From Candidatus Micrarchaeota archaeon (GTDB lineage Archaea > Micrarchaeota > Micrarchaeia > Norongarragalinales > SBBD01), in assembly GCA_018819225.1 (NCBI GenBank), contig JAHJQN010000007.1, positions 1 through 64,000 of the forward strand: a stretch of 64,000 bases of DNA. Reading direction: 5' to 3'. Below are positions 47,306-57,629 of the stretch, in pieces. The notes under the pieces were generated by a model. The model was not told where the DNA came from. It saw only the letters and a program-made list of their open reading frames with translations, and did no database searches. Position numbers and translations under genes: made by a program. Position 1 is the first letter of the stretch. Every line of letters starts with the position of its first letter.

Positions 47306-48048
47306 AGCGTTTTGAGAAAGGAGTGAATGGCGCGTAATGCGGGTTCGGCATGCGTTTCCAGGGTATGGGAACCGTTGTCAATTAACGCGAGTTGCTTGGG
47401 ATCGCGCGCGAGCTGAAACGCGTGCTCGCTTTCCGAGAATGGAACGAGCGCATCGCGTTTTCCGTGAATGAAAAGAGCAGGGCAAGTCATGTCACGAACG
47501 GCTTTCTCGATATCGAAGCGGCACTGATCTTCTTTAAACGAATAATTCAAATCAAACTCGCTTCCGAGACCTCGGATGCGTAAAATGCCCGTTGCAGGCC
47601 ACGCATCCACCTCTTTTTTGGAATAGAATGCGTCCGGATAACGCGAGAAATGAAGGGGGGTGGCTACCAGGATTAACGCATCCACATCGTTTTGGTAAGC
47701 GGCTCGCAGCAACGCAACCACTCCACCCATCGAATGCCCGATCAGAAACAGTTTCTTAAACGAATAATGCGTTCGGAGAAAGCGGATCGCGGCATCGAGA
47801 TCCGAAAGCTCTTGCGACGTGGAGATTTCGCGTGGGTCGCCATCGCTTTCGCCGTGCCCGAAAAAATCAAATGCGAGCACCAACAAGCCTGATTTCTCGA
47901 GGGATTCCATCCAGACGCGTTTGCGGGAAGAGAAACGATTTCCCGCAAATCCATGCAATAAAATCACGGCGTGTGAAAAGCGTTCGGGAACGAAGAGTGT
48001 TCCGTGCAACGAACCGCGCGAACCCTTGAAAGAAACAGGGGATTCCAT
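47302..48048 (-). CDS. Alpha/beta hydrolase
   Basis: LLHGF, FDFFGHGES, GHSMGG, IHGKRD, H near C-terminus. Confidence 0.9.
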   Translation of the reverse strand: MESPVSFKGSRGSLHGTLFVPERFSHAVILLHGFAGNRFSSRKRVWMESLEKSGLLVLAFDFFGHGESDGDPREISTSQELSDLDAAIRFLRTHYSFKKLFLIGHSMGGVVALLRAAYQNDVDALILVATPLHFSRYPDAFYSKKEVDAWPATGILRIRGLGSEFDLNYSFKEDQCRFDIEKAVRDMTCPALFIHGKRDALVPFSESEHAFQLARDPKQLALIDNGSHTLETHAEPALRAIHSFLKTL

Positions 48049-48056
48049 GTTAAAAC

Positions 48057-48752
48057 CTAACGGATCCGGATCACGTTTTCCTTGGAAAAATCAGGGGGTT
48101 TCAAGCCCGCGCGGGCGTAAGCGCGTAAAGGAACCGTCATATAGGAAACGTAGAGATCTCCTACGAATGGTGCAGCAGAAGGTGCGAGCAAGCCTGTCTT
48201 GAGGCCGCTGAGTGCAATCGTTGCGCGTGCGCGAATGCATGGCTTCGCCGGCAACCCGGAATCGGCATCCAACCCCGACGGAAGGTCGATGGAAAGAATA
48301 GGGATTTCGGAGGCGTTCGCTTGATCAATGAGTTCTGAAAACGGGGGCCGGGGAGAGCCTTTCAAGTTATAGCCAAACAATCCGTCCACCAGCAATCCGA
48401 ACGCCTTCCAGTTTGGAGGAGACGACGGATCGAACACGGAGAGGGGAACGCGCATTTTCATTAAAATATCGTATTGCGCGCGGGATTCCGGAACTAATTT
48501 ATGCGGAGGAAGAGCCAGAAGTGCTTCCGCGTCAACGCCTTTATTGCACGAGTGGCGTACTGCAGAAAGCGCATCGCCGCCGTTATGCCCGGGACCGACC
48601 AGGGCGAGCATGCGTTTTCCCTTCATGTATTTTAAGGCGAGTTCTGCTGAAAATAGGCCGGCGAGTTCCATCATGCGCGGAACCGTAATGCCGTACTCTT
48701 CAACCAGCAAGCGGTCCAGTTCAGCCATCGCATCGCGGGACAATGCGTTCAC
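48057..48752 (-). CDS. nnrE: NAD(P)HX epimerase (stand-alone YjeF_N)
   Basis: MMELAG, GPGHNGGDA, VDGLFG, SIDLPSG. Confidence 0.88.
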   Translation of the reverse strand: MNALSRDAMAELDRLLVEEYGITVPRMMELAGLFSAELALKYMKGKRMLALVGPGHNGGDALSAVRHSCNKGVDAEALLALPPHKLVPESRAQYDILMKMRVPLSVFDPSSPPNWKAFGLLVDGLFGYNLKGSPRPPFSELIDQANASEIPILSIDLPSGLDADSGLPAKPCIRARATIALSGLKTGLLAPSAAPFVGDLYVSYMTVPLRAYARAGLKPPDFSKENVIRIR

Positions 48753-49480
48753 GCAGTCACCAACAAAGAAATGAAGTAGATGAGCACGACGCCAGAAAGC
48801 AGGACGACCGCGTTCAGCTTATTGGGGCGCAAATGCGTTTCCGGAATCAAATCCGCGGAAGCGATGTAAAGAAAACTGCCTGCGGAAAATGCGATGAGCA
48901 TGCCCAGAAAATCCGTGCCGATTCCTTTCAAGAAAAAGAAGGTGAGGACCGCTCCAACGGGAGTCGCCACCGCGACAATCATCGTGTACAGAATGGCCTT
49001 GCCGCGCTCCATCTTCGAGTTAAACAGAACCGACAACGTGGAAATACCTTCCGGAAATTCGTGAAGAATGACGGCCAGCGTCGTAATGAAACCGATGGAG
49101 GGACTGATCTCGAACCCGGCACCGATTGCGACTCCATCCAAAAGCGAGTGGAAGCCCAAGCCCGTTGTTGCGATGGAACCCTTGACTTGAGCGCGCGTAT
49201 CCTCTTCATGACCCGCGTGGATGAGAAAAACGTGTTCCAGCAAATAAAAGACGAGGAATCCGGCGAGAACGAACTGGTACGCGAACGGATAGAGTTCTGC
49301 GCTTTCGGGAATCAAGTGAAAGAACGCAGTCGCCATGAGTACGCCGGCTGCAAAGCTCACGAAATACGAAGAGTTTTGGCGCGCGAAGGACTCGCGGTAG
49401 AGTAAAAGGGCCATGCCGGCGACCGTTGCCAAGCCCGCAATCGTGCTGTAAAATAGGATGGGATAAAGTAACGAGGCCAT
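48749..49480 (-). CDS. ZIP family metal transporter
   Basis: SFAAGVL, HSLLDGVAIG, LHEFPEG, AGSFLYIASADLIPE. Confidence 0.92.
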   Translation of the reverse strand: MASLLYPILFYSTIAGLATVAGMALLLYRESFARQNSSYFVSFAAGVLMATAFFHLIPESAELYPFAYQFVLAGFLVFYLLEHVFLIHAGHEEDTRAQVKGSIATTGLGFHSLLDGVAIGAGFEISPSIGFITTLAVILHEFPEGISTLSVLFNSKMERGKAILYTMIVAVATPVGAVLTFFFLKGIGTDFLGMLIAFSAGSFLYIASADLIPETHLRPNKLNAVVLLSGVVLIYFISLLVTA

Positions 49481-49724
49481 GCCAAAATGAGGAAAAGGAG
49501 ATTAATAATCGTTTTTGTTTACGCGACCCAAAGAAAGTAAACCGCGAGAACAATGAGCGTCGTCCACACAACCCAAGATTCTTCGTCAGCCACGAGTAGG
49601 AGTCATGAAAGTAAATGAATAAAAACAAGCGGAATAAACCAACGATTTAATATATAAACAATGTTTTATAGTTAAACCGTATTTTTATATGAGGTTAAGG
49701 AGTTTAAAGAGTAGGTGAAGAGGT

Positions 49725-50423
49725 ATGGAATCCGTTTCAGTAGCGGTTATCGGAGGAGACGACGACGCAGCAGACGTGCTCTACTCGGGCTTGCGCGAGT
49801 TCCCGGCATCGAAAGTCGTCTTGATCGCCGAAGAGAAAGGCAAGCGGCAAGCGGAACAAATCAAGAAGGATTTGGAGAAGTTCAAGATCCCTTCCGTGAT
49901 CGAAGTCATTCAGAACAAGGCGAGCATGGAAGACGTGTTTGCGCACGTGGCCCGAATCCGGGAACGCGAAGTCAACAAACGCATCACCATGAACGTTGAC
50001 ACGGACTACCGAAGCTCGTGCATTGCGTTATCCGCTGCGTTTGTGAACGGCATTCAGGCCATCGGCGTATTGGATGAAAAGATCATCGCGTACCCCATCA
50101 TGAAATTTAGTTACTACACGGCGCTCTCCGAACGAAAAATCTCGTTGCTGAAAACGCTGTTTGATCAGAACGGCGTGGACTCGCTGGAGATGTTGAGTCG
50201 GCTGACGGGCATGAGCCTGCCCCTTGCAACTTACCATGTCCGCGGAAGCCGAAACAAGCCCGGATTGGAAGAGCTGGGTCTCGTGAAAACGAACCGGCAT
50301 GGAGGAAGACTGGCAGTCGGGCTCACGCCGCTAGGCAGACTGATCAGCAAGGGCTACGTGGACGTGCAAGAAAGCGGCCGCGAACGCAAGAAAGACAAGA
50401 GACGAGGGAAATTCGTTGCTTAA
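49725..50423 (+). CDS. CARF-like + winged-HTH regulator (Csa3/DUF6293-like)
   Basis: Rossmann-like N domain (KVVLI, ITMNV, ALSAAF), then LSERKISLL..wHTH..LEELGLV...LTPLG. Confidence 0.65.
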   Translation: MESVSVAVIGGDDDAADVLYSGLREFPASKVVLIAEEKGKRQAEQIKKDLEKFKIPSVIEVIQNKASMEDVFAHVARIREREVNKRITMNVDTDYRSSCIALSAAFVNGIQAIGVLDEKIIAYPIMKFSYYTALSERKISLLKTLFDQNGVDSLEMLSRLTGMSLPLATYHVRGSRNKPGLEELGLVKTNRHGGRLAVGLTPLGRLISKGYVDVQESGRERKKDKRRGKFVA

Positions 50424-50476
50424 ACCATAGTTTCTTAAAGCAATAGTGCGCGTTAATTGAGAGGAGGTGTGGAGTC

Positions 50477-51262
50477 ATGGAATCGAATAGCGCTTACGCG
50501 ATCGCCGGCAGCTTCTTGATATCCAGTATCATTTTAGCGGCGAGCTTGCTTTACGCAACTGGAAACGTGAACCATAGCTTGCAGCAGATTTCGACGAATC
50601 TCAACGGCATGGAAAGCATGGCTGCACTTGCGCCACTGGCTGCGGATACCGTTCCCATTCAACCAACGATTCAACAAACCGCTCCCGCGGTACCGCCCGC
50701 GCAAGCACCCGCTGCTCCCGCGCAACCCGGAGACCTTCCATCCAGCATCAAACTGGAAGGCAGGCCGTCTTGGGGAAATGAAAACGCACCCGTCACTATC
50801 GTCGAATATTCCGACTTCCAATGCCCGTTCTGCTCGCGCTTCTTTACTCAAACCGAAGCCCCTCTAGGAGAAGAGTACGTAAATACCGGCAAGGTACGCT
50901 TCGTGTACAAGCACTTCCCGTTGAGAAGCATCCATCCGAACGCCCAGAAAGCATCGGAAGCAACGGAATGCGCCTTTGACCAAGGCAAGTTCTGGGAGAT
51001 GCACGACATTATTTTCAACAACCAAAACGCCATCGGAGTCGATGCGTTGAAAGGATACGCCGAAGAATTGGGGCTCGACATCCAACGCTTTAACGAGTGC
51101 CTGGATTCCGGGGAGAAAGAAGCGATTGTCGAGGCGGATTTGCAGGAAGGGTTGGCGCATGGCGTGCAAGGAACCCCTGCGTTCTTCGTGAACAACCAGT
51201 TCGTGTCAGGAGCGCAACCGTATACCGTGTTCCAGCAGATCCTGGCGTCGCAAGGCGTTTAA
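50477..51262 (+). CDS. Membrane-anchored DsbA-like thioredoxin-fold protein
   Basis: APVTIVEYSDFQCPFC, YKHFPL, GVQGTPAFF. Confidence 0.92.
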   Translation: MESNSAYAIAGSFLISSIILAASLLYATGNVNHSLQQISTNLNGMESMAALAPLAADTVPIQPTIQQTAPAVPPAQAPAAPAQPGDLPSSIKLEGRPSWGNENAPVTIVEYSDFQCPFCSRFFTQTEAPLGEEYVNTGKVRFVYKHFPLRSIHPNAQKASEATECAFDQGKFWEMHDIIFNNQNAIGVDALKGYAEELGLDIQRFNECLDSGEKEAIVEADLQEGLAHGVQGTPAFFVNNQFVSGAQPYTVFQQILASQGV

Positions 51263-51335
51263 GCCTTCAAAAGGCGGAAAGAGTTATTAAGCAGAACCGC
51301 TAGTAATAGTTTCTTTTGTTATGGGGGTATAGCAC

Positions 51336-52943
51336 TTGACTAAATTTATTTTTGTAACCGGGGGCGTTCTGAGTTCCCTGGGAAAAGGCGTGCTAACGGC
51401 TTCCATCGCCCACCTCCTCAAACTGAACGGAATACGCGCCAGCCTCATGAAAATCGATCCGTACTTGAATTGCGATGCGGGAACGTTAAATCCTTACGAA
51501 CACGGGGAAGTATTCGTCACGCAAGACGGATTCGAGTGCGACTTGGATGTCGGCAATTATGAACGCTTCCTCGATATTTTCGCGGTCAAGCAACAGAACC
51601 TGATGATGGGAAGCGTATACAAATCCGTTGTGGAGAGGGAACGCAAAGGCGAATTTCTGGGAAACACGATTCAACTGATACCGCATGCGACCAACGAGAT
51701 CAAGAAACGCATCCGAAGGTGCGCGCAAGTTACTGGAGCCGACGTGTTACTCGTGGAAATCGGGGGAACGGTTGGAGATATTGAAAGCGAAGTGGTTTTG
51801 GAAGCGGCCAGACAGATGCGATTCGAAAACGGGAAAGATCCTTCCGTACTGTTCATTCACTTGGCCCTCGTACCGCTGATCATCACGAATGAACAGAAAA
51901 CCAAGCCCATGCAACACAGCGTGAAGGCGATTCTGGCGAGAGGCATTACGCCCGACGTGCTCGTCGCGCGTTGTTCGCAACCATTACTGGAAAGCACCAA
52001 AAAGAAGATCGCACTCATGTGCAACGTACTGCCGGAAGCCGTGTTTTCTTCACCAGATCAAAAAGACATTTACAACCTGCCTGCGGAATTGCGCAGGCAA
52101 GGCATTGAACCCGTGCTCGAAGAAAAGCTGGCGTTAACGTTCAAACCCAAGAAAAAGGATGAGTGGGAAGTCCTGCTGGAAAAGCACCAGAGCGTCAAAA
52201 CGCACCGGAAAATCGCGGTGATTGGCAAATACGCGCAGACCACGAAGGACACGTACATGAGCGTCTTTGAAGCCATACGGCATGCGTGCGTGCACGCGGG
52301 AGTCAAAGGCGAAATCGTGCTCGTGAATTCCGAAAATATCGAGAAAGAGAAGGAGGATTTGAGTCAATACCACGCATTCATTATCCCGGGAGGATTCGGA
52401 AGCCGGGGAACGGAAGGAAAAATCAAGGCCATTCAGTACGCGCGGGAAAACAAGGTCCCGCTGTTAGGCATTTGTTACGGATTGCAATTATCCGTAATTG
52501 AGTTCGCGCGCAACGTGTTGGGTTTCAAGGACGCGAACTCGACAGAAATCAATCCGGAAACCAAGCATCCCGTCATTGACTTGCTGCCAGAGCAAAAGAA
52601 GATTGAGGATAAGGGGGGAACGATGCGATTGGGCGCGTATCACGTCCTCGTGAAGGAGAATACGCTGGCCGCCTCCCTCTATGCGAAAGAAATGAAGAAT
52701 AAACACATATTCAAACGATTCCGGCATCGTTACGAAGTCAACCCGGAATTCGTCTCGCGGCTTGAGGAGAAGGGAATGGTGTTTTCGGGTCGCGACCCCA
52801 AGCGGGAGATCATGAAAAACGCGGAGCTTCCGCAAGACGTGCACCCGTATTTTATTGGAAGTCAATATCATCCAGAGTTTGACTCGCGTTTAGAGCAACC
52901 CGAGCCCTTGTTCTACGGGCTCGTAAAGGCGACGTTAAAATAA
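51336..52943 (+). CDS. pyrG: CTP synthase
   Basis: TGGVLSSLGKG, KIDPYLN, GGTVGDIE, GICYG, RHRYEVN, QYHPEF. Confidence 0.97.
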   Translation: MTKFIFVTGGVLSSLGKGVLTASIAHLLKLNGIRASLMKIDPYLNCDAGTLNPYEHGEVFVTQDGFECDLDVGNYERFLDIFAVKQQNLMMGSVYKSVVERERKGEFLGNTIQLIPHATNEIKKRIRRCAQVTGADVLLVEIGGTVGDIESEVVLEAARQMRFENGKDPSVLFIHLALVPLIITNEQKTKPMQHSVKAILARGITPDVLVARCSQPLLESTKKKIALMCNVLPEAVFSSPDQKDIYNLPAELRRQGIEPVLEEKLALTFKPKKKDEWEVLLEKHQSVKTHRKIAVIGKYAQTTKDTYMSVFEAIRHACVHAGVKGEIVLVNSENIEKEKEDLSQYHAFIIPGGFGSRGTEGKIKAIQYARENKVPLLGICYGLQLSVIEFARNVLGFKDANSTEINPETKHPVIDLLPEQKKIEDKGGTMRLGAYHVLVKENTLAASLYAKEMKNKHIFKRFRHRYEVNPEFVSRLEEKGMVFSGRDPKREIMKNAELPQDVHPYFIGSQYHPEFDSRLEQPEPLFYGLVKATLK

Positions 52944-53077
52944 TCACTGGAAATGGGCTCCGAAAGCGCGTTAAAAGGAGTGATTCACTGCAAGCATAGG
53001 GTGCAGCACGCGTTGCAAGAAGTGAAAAGGAATTTGAAACTGGAGATAAGTTTATTAAGCGGTCAACGAGCCGATTT

Positions 53078-53156
53078 GAAATACGAAAGTGGGTTGAACC
53101 AACGGATTGACTTGGACGGTGGCCGGTTTCGCCAACGGGACCGGCACCTCCTTTTT
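53078..53156 (+). ncRNA. Putative small RNA or leader hairpin upstream of mcm
   Basis: TTTATTAA at 53051; ~13-bp hairpin at 53118-53148 with G-U pairs, followed by TTTTT. Confidence 0.35.
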
Positions 53157-53233
53157 ACGGGATTCGCATGATGTTCCGCACGCGAGAGCTCGTCATCTTC
53201 GTCGAAGAAGCCGGTCGGATGCGTGAGATATAG

Positions 53234-55309
53234 ATGGCAGAAACCCTTCAGAAAATGGCGGAAGAAACCCCGAAAAGCGACGAGGGACGTCGGTTCGAAG
53301 AATTTTTCCAAGAAGTCATGCGGCACGAGCTCGCAGAACTCGCGGAACAATACCCCCAACAACGCTCGCTATCCATTGACTTTCAGAAACTCGTGTTGTT
53401 TGACCACAAACTCGCGGACGGACTGCTGGAACGACCGGACCACTTCCTGAAGGTGGCGGAAGAGGCGTTGGAAGGACTTCAATTTCCAACGGCAGTAGGG
53501 TCCTTGAAAGCGCACGTGCGTTTCCGGAATCTGGATGAAGATCGGGTCATCATGGTGCAGAATCTGGGCGCGCAACATTTGGACAAGTTCATTGCCGTGG
53601 AAGGCATCATTTCTCTTGCAACGGAAATCAAGCCCGTTATCAAGCGAGCGCATTTCGAGTGCCTGCACTGCGGACTGAAAAGCTACACGTTCCCGGAAAA
53701 AAACATTTTGAAAACGCCGGACTACTGCCGTTGCGGACGAAAAGACTTCAAGCACTTGGACAAGGAAGACGAGTTCGTGAACATGCAGAACGCGCAAATG
53801 CAGGACCTCGTTGAAAAACTGAAGGGGAATTCCCCGACCTCGCACATTTCGCTTTGGGTGGAAGACGATCTCGTGAACCAAGTGGCTCCCGGAGAAAAAT
53901 TCCTGGTCACGGGCATCTTGAGAAAACGGCCGGTGACGAAAGACCGAAAGCAAACCAGCGTGTACGAAAAATTGCTGGAAATCTGGCACTTGGAACGAAG
54001 CGAAAAAGAATTCGAAGAGTTAGAAGTGACGGCCGAAGAGGAAGCGGAACTCGTGGCGTTGAGCAAGCGAACGGACTTGTTCGAAACCATCGTGAAAAGC
54101 ATCGCGCCCAGCATTTACGGTTACCCGGAAATGAAGCTCGCCATCGCGCTGCAGATGTTCGGAGGCAACACGGACAAAATCTTGCCGGACGGAAAACGCG
54201 TGCGAGGTGAAATTCACGCGTTACTCATTGGAGATCCGGGTACCGCGAAAACGGCCACGCTGCAATACGCCTCGCGCCTTGCCCCCAAATGCATCTACGT
54301 GTCCGGAAAAGGGACTTCCGGAGTCGGATTGACGGCATCCGCGGAAAAAGACGAGTTCGGGGAAGGATGGGTGCTGAAAGCAGGAGCGTTAGTGCTCGCA
54401 TCCGGAGGGCAAGTGGCCGTGGATGAATTGGATAAGATGACGGAAGACGATCGCAGCGCAATGCATGAAGCGCTTGAAAGCGGAACCATCAGCATTGCGA
54501 AAGCCGGAATTGTCACGCGGTTCAATGCGCGAACGTCCGTGCTGGCCGCAGCGAACCCGAAACTAGGGCGGTTTAATCCCGCGGAGCCGCCGGCCAACCA
54601 ATTCGAGATTCCGCCCACGCTATTATCCCGTTTCGACCTCGTGTTCCCCATCAAAGACGTGTTGGATGAAGTGCAGGATAGCAAGGTGGCGGAACACATC
54701 CTGAAAGGGCATCGCGCATCGTTAGGGAGCGATCAAGAAAAAATGGATATCTCACCCGAAATCTCGATTGAAAAACTGAGAAAATACATTGCGTACGCGA
54801 GAAGAAACTTTTCCCCCGTATTAACATTGGAGGCCAGCGCAAAAATCAAGGAGTATTACTTGCGCTTGAGGAAAATGGGGATGAAGCAAAACTATTACCC
54901 GGTTACGGCGAGACAGATTGAAGGATTGATTCGCTTGGCGGAGGCGAGCGCGAAAGCCCGTTTCAGTAAACACGTCATGATGATTGACGCGGACCGGGCG
55001 ATTACGTTAACGGAATACGTGTTGCGAACCGTCTTCATGGACCGGGAAACCGGGAGAATAGATAGCGACATCATCAACATCGGACAACCGAAAAGCAAGA
55101 TCGACCGCGCGCGAACCGTGCTAGAAATCATTGAAGACAAGGAGCGCGACGTGGATATGGTGTCCGTGGAAGAGGTCGTGAAGGAAGCGGAATCATTGGG
55201 TATTGAAGAGAAAAAGGCGCGCGAAATTTTGGATCAACTGCACAAGCAGGCGGAAATCTTCCGACCGAAAAGCGGTTTCGTGCGAACCTCCAGAAAAAGG
55301 CGGGATTAA
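53234..55309 (+). CDS. mcm: MCM replicative helicase
   Basis: C4 Zn finger, SIAPSIYG, GDPGTAK, VDELDKM, SRFD, TARQIEGL, C-terminal wHTH; no intein. Confidence 0.96.
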   Translation: MAETLQKMAEETPKSDEGRRFEEFFQEVMRHELAELAEQYPQQRSLSIDFQKLVLFDHKLADGLLERPDHFLKVAEEALEGLQFPTAVGSLKAHVRFRNLDEDRVIMVQNLGAQHLDKFIAVEGIISLATEIKPVIKRAHFECLHCGLKSYTFPEKNILKTPDYCRCGRKDFKHLDKEDEFVNMQNAQMQDLVEKLKGNSPTSHISLWVEDDLVNQVAPGEKFLVTGILRKRPVTKDRKQTSVYEKLLEIWHLERSEKEFEELEVTAEEEAELVALSKRTDLFETIVKSIAPSIYGYPEMKLAIALQMFGGNTDKILPDGKRVRGEIHALLIGDPGTAKTATLQYASRLAPKCIYVSGKGTSGVGLTASAEKDEFGEGWVLKAGALVLASGGQVAVDELDKMTEDDRSAMHEALESGTISIAKAGIVTRFNARTSVLAAANPKLGRFNPAEPPANQFEIPPTLLSRFDLVFPIKDVLDEVQDSKVAEHILKGHRASLGSDQEKMDISPEISIEKLRKYIAYARRNFSPVLTLEASAKIKEYYLRLRKMGMKQNYYPVTARQIEGLIRLAEASAKARFSKHVMMIDADRAITLTEYVLRTVFMDRETGRIDSDIINIGQPKSKIDRARTVLEIIEDKERDVDMVSVEEVVKEAESLGIEEKKAREILDQLHKQAEIFRPKSGFVRTSRKRRD

Positions 55310-55349
55310 AAGCGCTGGACGCCCTAGATGAGTCGAGGGAGCGAAGAAC

Positions 55350-55910
55350 GTGAAACACCGCATTAGAAAACGAGTGCTCGAAAAACGATCGGCCCACTAC
55401 GCCCACTCCGCACTCGTAAAAGACCGGCGGATTGCAGAGCGATTGGCGGCGCATGCATCGTTCCGTCAAGCCCAAACAATTTTATTGTATGCGGCAAAAC
55501 CAGGAGAAGTCGGCACGGCTGCCTTGTTTGAAAAAGCAATGAAAGAAGGAAAACGGGTCGCGTTGCCAAAAGTTAAGGGCCGTCTCATGGAAGCACGGGA
55601 AGTGAAACGGTGGAGCGAGTTGAAGAGAGGTGCATTCGGAATACCGGAACCCGCTGCAAGAAACCGGTGCGTTAAACCTGGCGAAATCGATCTCGTCGTC
55701 GTGCCGGGCATCGCGTTCGATCGAAACGGGCACCGGATCGGTTTCGGGATGGGGTATTATGACCGATTTCTCAAACGAGTCGGAAAAAAGGCGGTGCGCG
55801 TGGGCATCGCTTACGCGTTTCAAATCGTCAAGGAATTACCGTTTGAAGAGCACGATGTAAGAATGCATTTCCTGGTAACGGAAAAAAGAGCGGTGAACAC
55901 GCGTGCCTGA
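55350..55910 (+). CDS. 5-formyltetrahydrofolate cyclo-ligase
   Basis: ALPKV, FGIPEP, DLVVVPGIAFD..G.RIGFGMGYYDRFL. Confidence 0.92.
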   Translation: MKHRIRKRVLEKRSAHYAHSALVKDRRIAERLAAHASFRQAQTILLYAAKPGEVGTAALFEKAMKEGKRVALPKVKGRLMEAREVKRWSELKRGAFGIPEPAARNRCVKPGEIDLVVVPGIAFDRNGHRIGFGMGYYDRFLKRVGKKAVRVGIAYAFQIVKELPFEEHDVRMHFLVTEKRAVNTRA

Positions 55911-56181
55911 AAGCGCAACCGAGGTATTGCGAAACGAGGATTCGCGCTTAAAACGCCAGATTATGAACGGGAAAAAGGCGGGTGGATTGAGGTCGAGCAC
56001 ACGCGACGGTTTCCACGCGGAAGAAATGATTGGGGTGTGGGCGCGAACATTGGGAAAAATCATTGAAACGCATGCGGACGTGTTTGGCCCCGTACACCCG
56101 CACAGAGTCCAACTCGAACATCTTGAAAACGCTCGAGTTAGATTGCTACACCGGATCCTGCTTCGATATCGAAACGATTAG
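55903..56181 (+). CDS. Hypothetical protein
   Basis: 92-aa ORF overlapping the previous stop and filling the gap. Confidence 0.45.
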   Translation: MPESATEVLRNEDSRLKRQIMNGKKAGGLRSSTRDGFHAEEMIGVWARTLGKIIETHADVFGPVHPHRVQLEHLENARVRLLHRILLRYRND

Positions 56182-57005
56182 AAAAAAAGCCCGCCTTGGC
56201 CGGCAATCTTTTTTCCGATCAAACGATTGATTTCCAGCACGCGAATCGACCGGCTTTGCTCGAGAAAGAGGAGCGAGCCCTTGTTTCCAACGACCGTGCC
56301 CTGAAGCGCTTCCGTGACCAAGGGAATCTCTTTGAAAGAAGGATAACGGGAAGAGAAATCAAAGAATTCGAGAACCGCGGAAGCGCGAGGAAACAGGGAA
56401 AAATCAGGGTCCTCCAAGATTTGCTCGGCTTTCAAGCGAAACGCAGGAAACGTTTTTTCCTTGGAAAACACGAGGCGCTTGATTTTTTGTTTACCGTACA
56501 AGGCATTGCGCAACCCTTTCCGGTGCAGCAACGTTTCAATGCGCCGGGCCTCCTTGCCATCCGTCATGCGGAATAGAGCTGTCGCGAAATCCGCGCCTTG
56601 CTCAAACCAACGCAACGGAACGCGGTGCGCTCCGGTCACCCCGGCCTTGATATCGGAAGCGAAACCCGCCAAATAAACCACGAGTACCTGTTCCCTGCAG
56701 TCTGCACGAATCGAGGCATCCGCCAAGCACACGCTGCCGTCGCACTTAAGGCAAGGCAGGCGCGCGTCGTCTTGCTGGCAATAACGACACTGCGAACCCG
56801 AACGTAATGACGTGGAGAACGGACAGGGATGAGGCTCGCCATCGATCTCCGTGTAACCAACACAGTAGCGTTCGGGGGTGAGTTGGTAGGCGAGCGGCAT
56901 GCCCTTGGAAAGAGGGAGCACGGAAAATTCGCGGGAATCTTTGGCGTAGAGCTGGAGCTCCGGCGAACCGTCCTCGGAATAGCGCACGCCTATCAGATGC
57001 TTCAT
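56178..57005 (-). CDS. DUF2797-family Zn-binding protein
   Basis: RYCVG..HPCP...QCRYC..C..C..C; VYLA, KAGVT, RWFEQGA. Confidence 0.8.
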   Translation of the reverse strand: MKHLIGVRYSEDGSPELQLYAKDSREFSVLPLSKGMPLAYQLTPERYCVGYTEIDGEPHPCPFSTSLRSGSQCRYCQQDDARLPCLKCDGSVCLADASIRADCREQVLVVYLAGFASDIKAGVTGAHRVPLRWFEQGADFATALFRMTDGKEARRIETLLHRKGLRNALYGKQKIKRLVFSKEKTFPAFRLKAEQILEDPDFSLFPRASAVLEFFDFSSRYPSFKEIPLVTEALQGTVVGNKGSLLFLEQSRSIRVLEINRLIGKKIAGQGGLFF

Positions 57006-57100
57006 GAGTGCATACCCTCGAAGAAGAACAGAAATAAAAGCGGGTGGGTAGCGCGCTTCCCCTGAAAACCTATTTAAACAACGGAGGAATAGGAACGGTC

Positions 57101-57628
57101 ATGGACCTCAAACAAATGATCCGCGACATGATTCAAAGCGGAATGAGCAACGAAGAAATCGTCGAAAATTTGAAAGAACTGGGAATCGAGAATGTGAATG
57201 ACGTGTTGGACGAAACGTTGCGCGACGAGGCAGAAAAAGCCAAGAAAAAAGTCGCCCATATTGTGAAAAAAGAGCCGGGGCCCGACGACGAAATAGGGGA
57301 CGCGGAACCCGAGGAAGGCAAACCGTTGTTTGAAGAACCGCCCGCTATGCAGCCGCATGAAAAAGAAGCGGCAAAAAAAGCCACGGAAGAGATTCCCGAA
57401 TTGGAGATCACGAGTGTCAGCGGAAACCAGGAAAAACAAACGAATATCGAGGAAATGCTGGGAAAGGCGGAAATGAAGAGGATGCCGCACACCGCGCTCT
57501 CGAACGTCGAAGACGTGGAAAACAAGCTGGATGAAGCGATCGCGTTGCTGAAAAGCGTGCAAGACATTAATCAGAAAATATTGGAAGCCAACCGCGACGT
57601 GCTGTTGCGCTTGAAGATGCAGAAATAA
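57101..57628 (+). CDS. Hypothetical protein: small helical N domain, acidic linker, C-terminal coiled coil
   Basis: ORF with own TTTAAA promoter; start trimmed. Confidence 0.75.
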   Translation: MDLKQMIRDMIQSGMSNEEIVENLKELGIENVNDVLDETLRDEAEKAKKKVAHIVKKEPGPDDEIGDAEPEEGKPLFEEPPAMQPHEKEAAKKATEEIPELEITSVSGNQEKQTNIEEMLGKAEMKRMPHTALSNVEDVENKLDEAIALLKSVQDINQKILEANRDVLLRLKMQK

Positions 57629-57629
57629 C

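Noticed and set aside
53234-55309. Intein in MCM
   Set aside because: Length (691 aa) and motif spacing are normal
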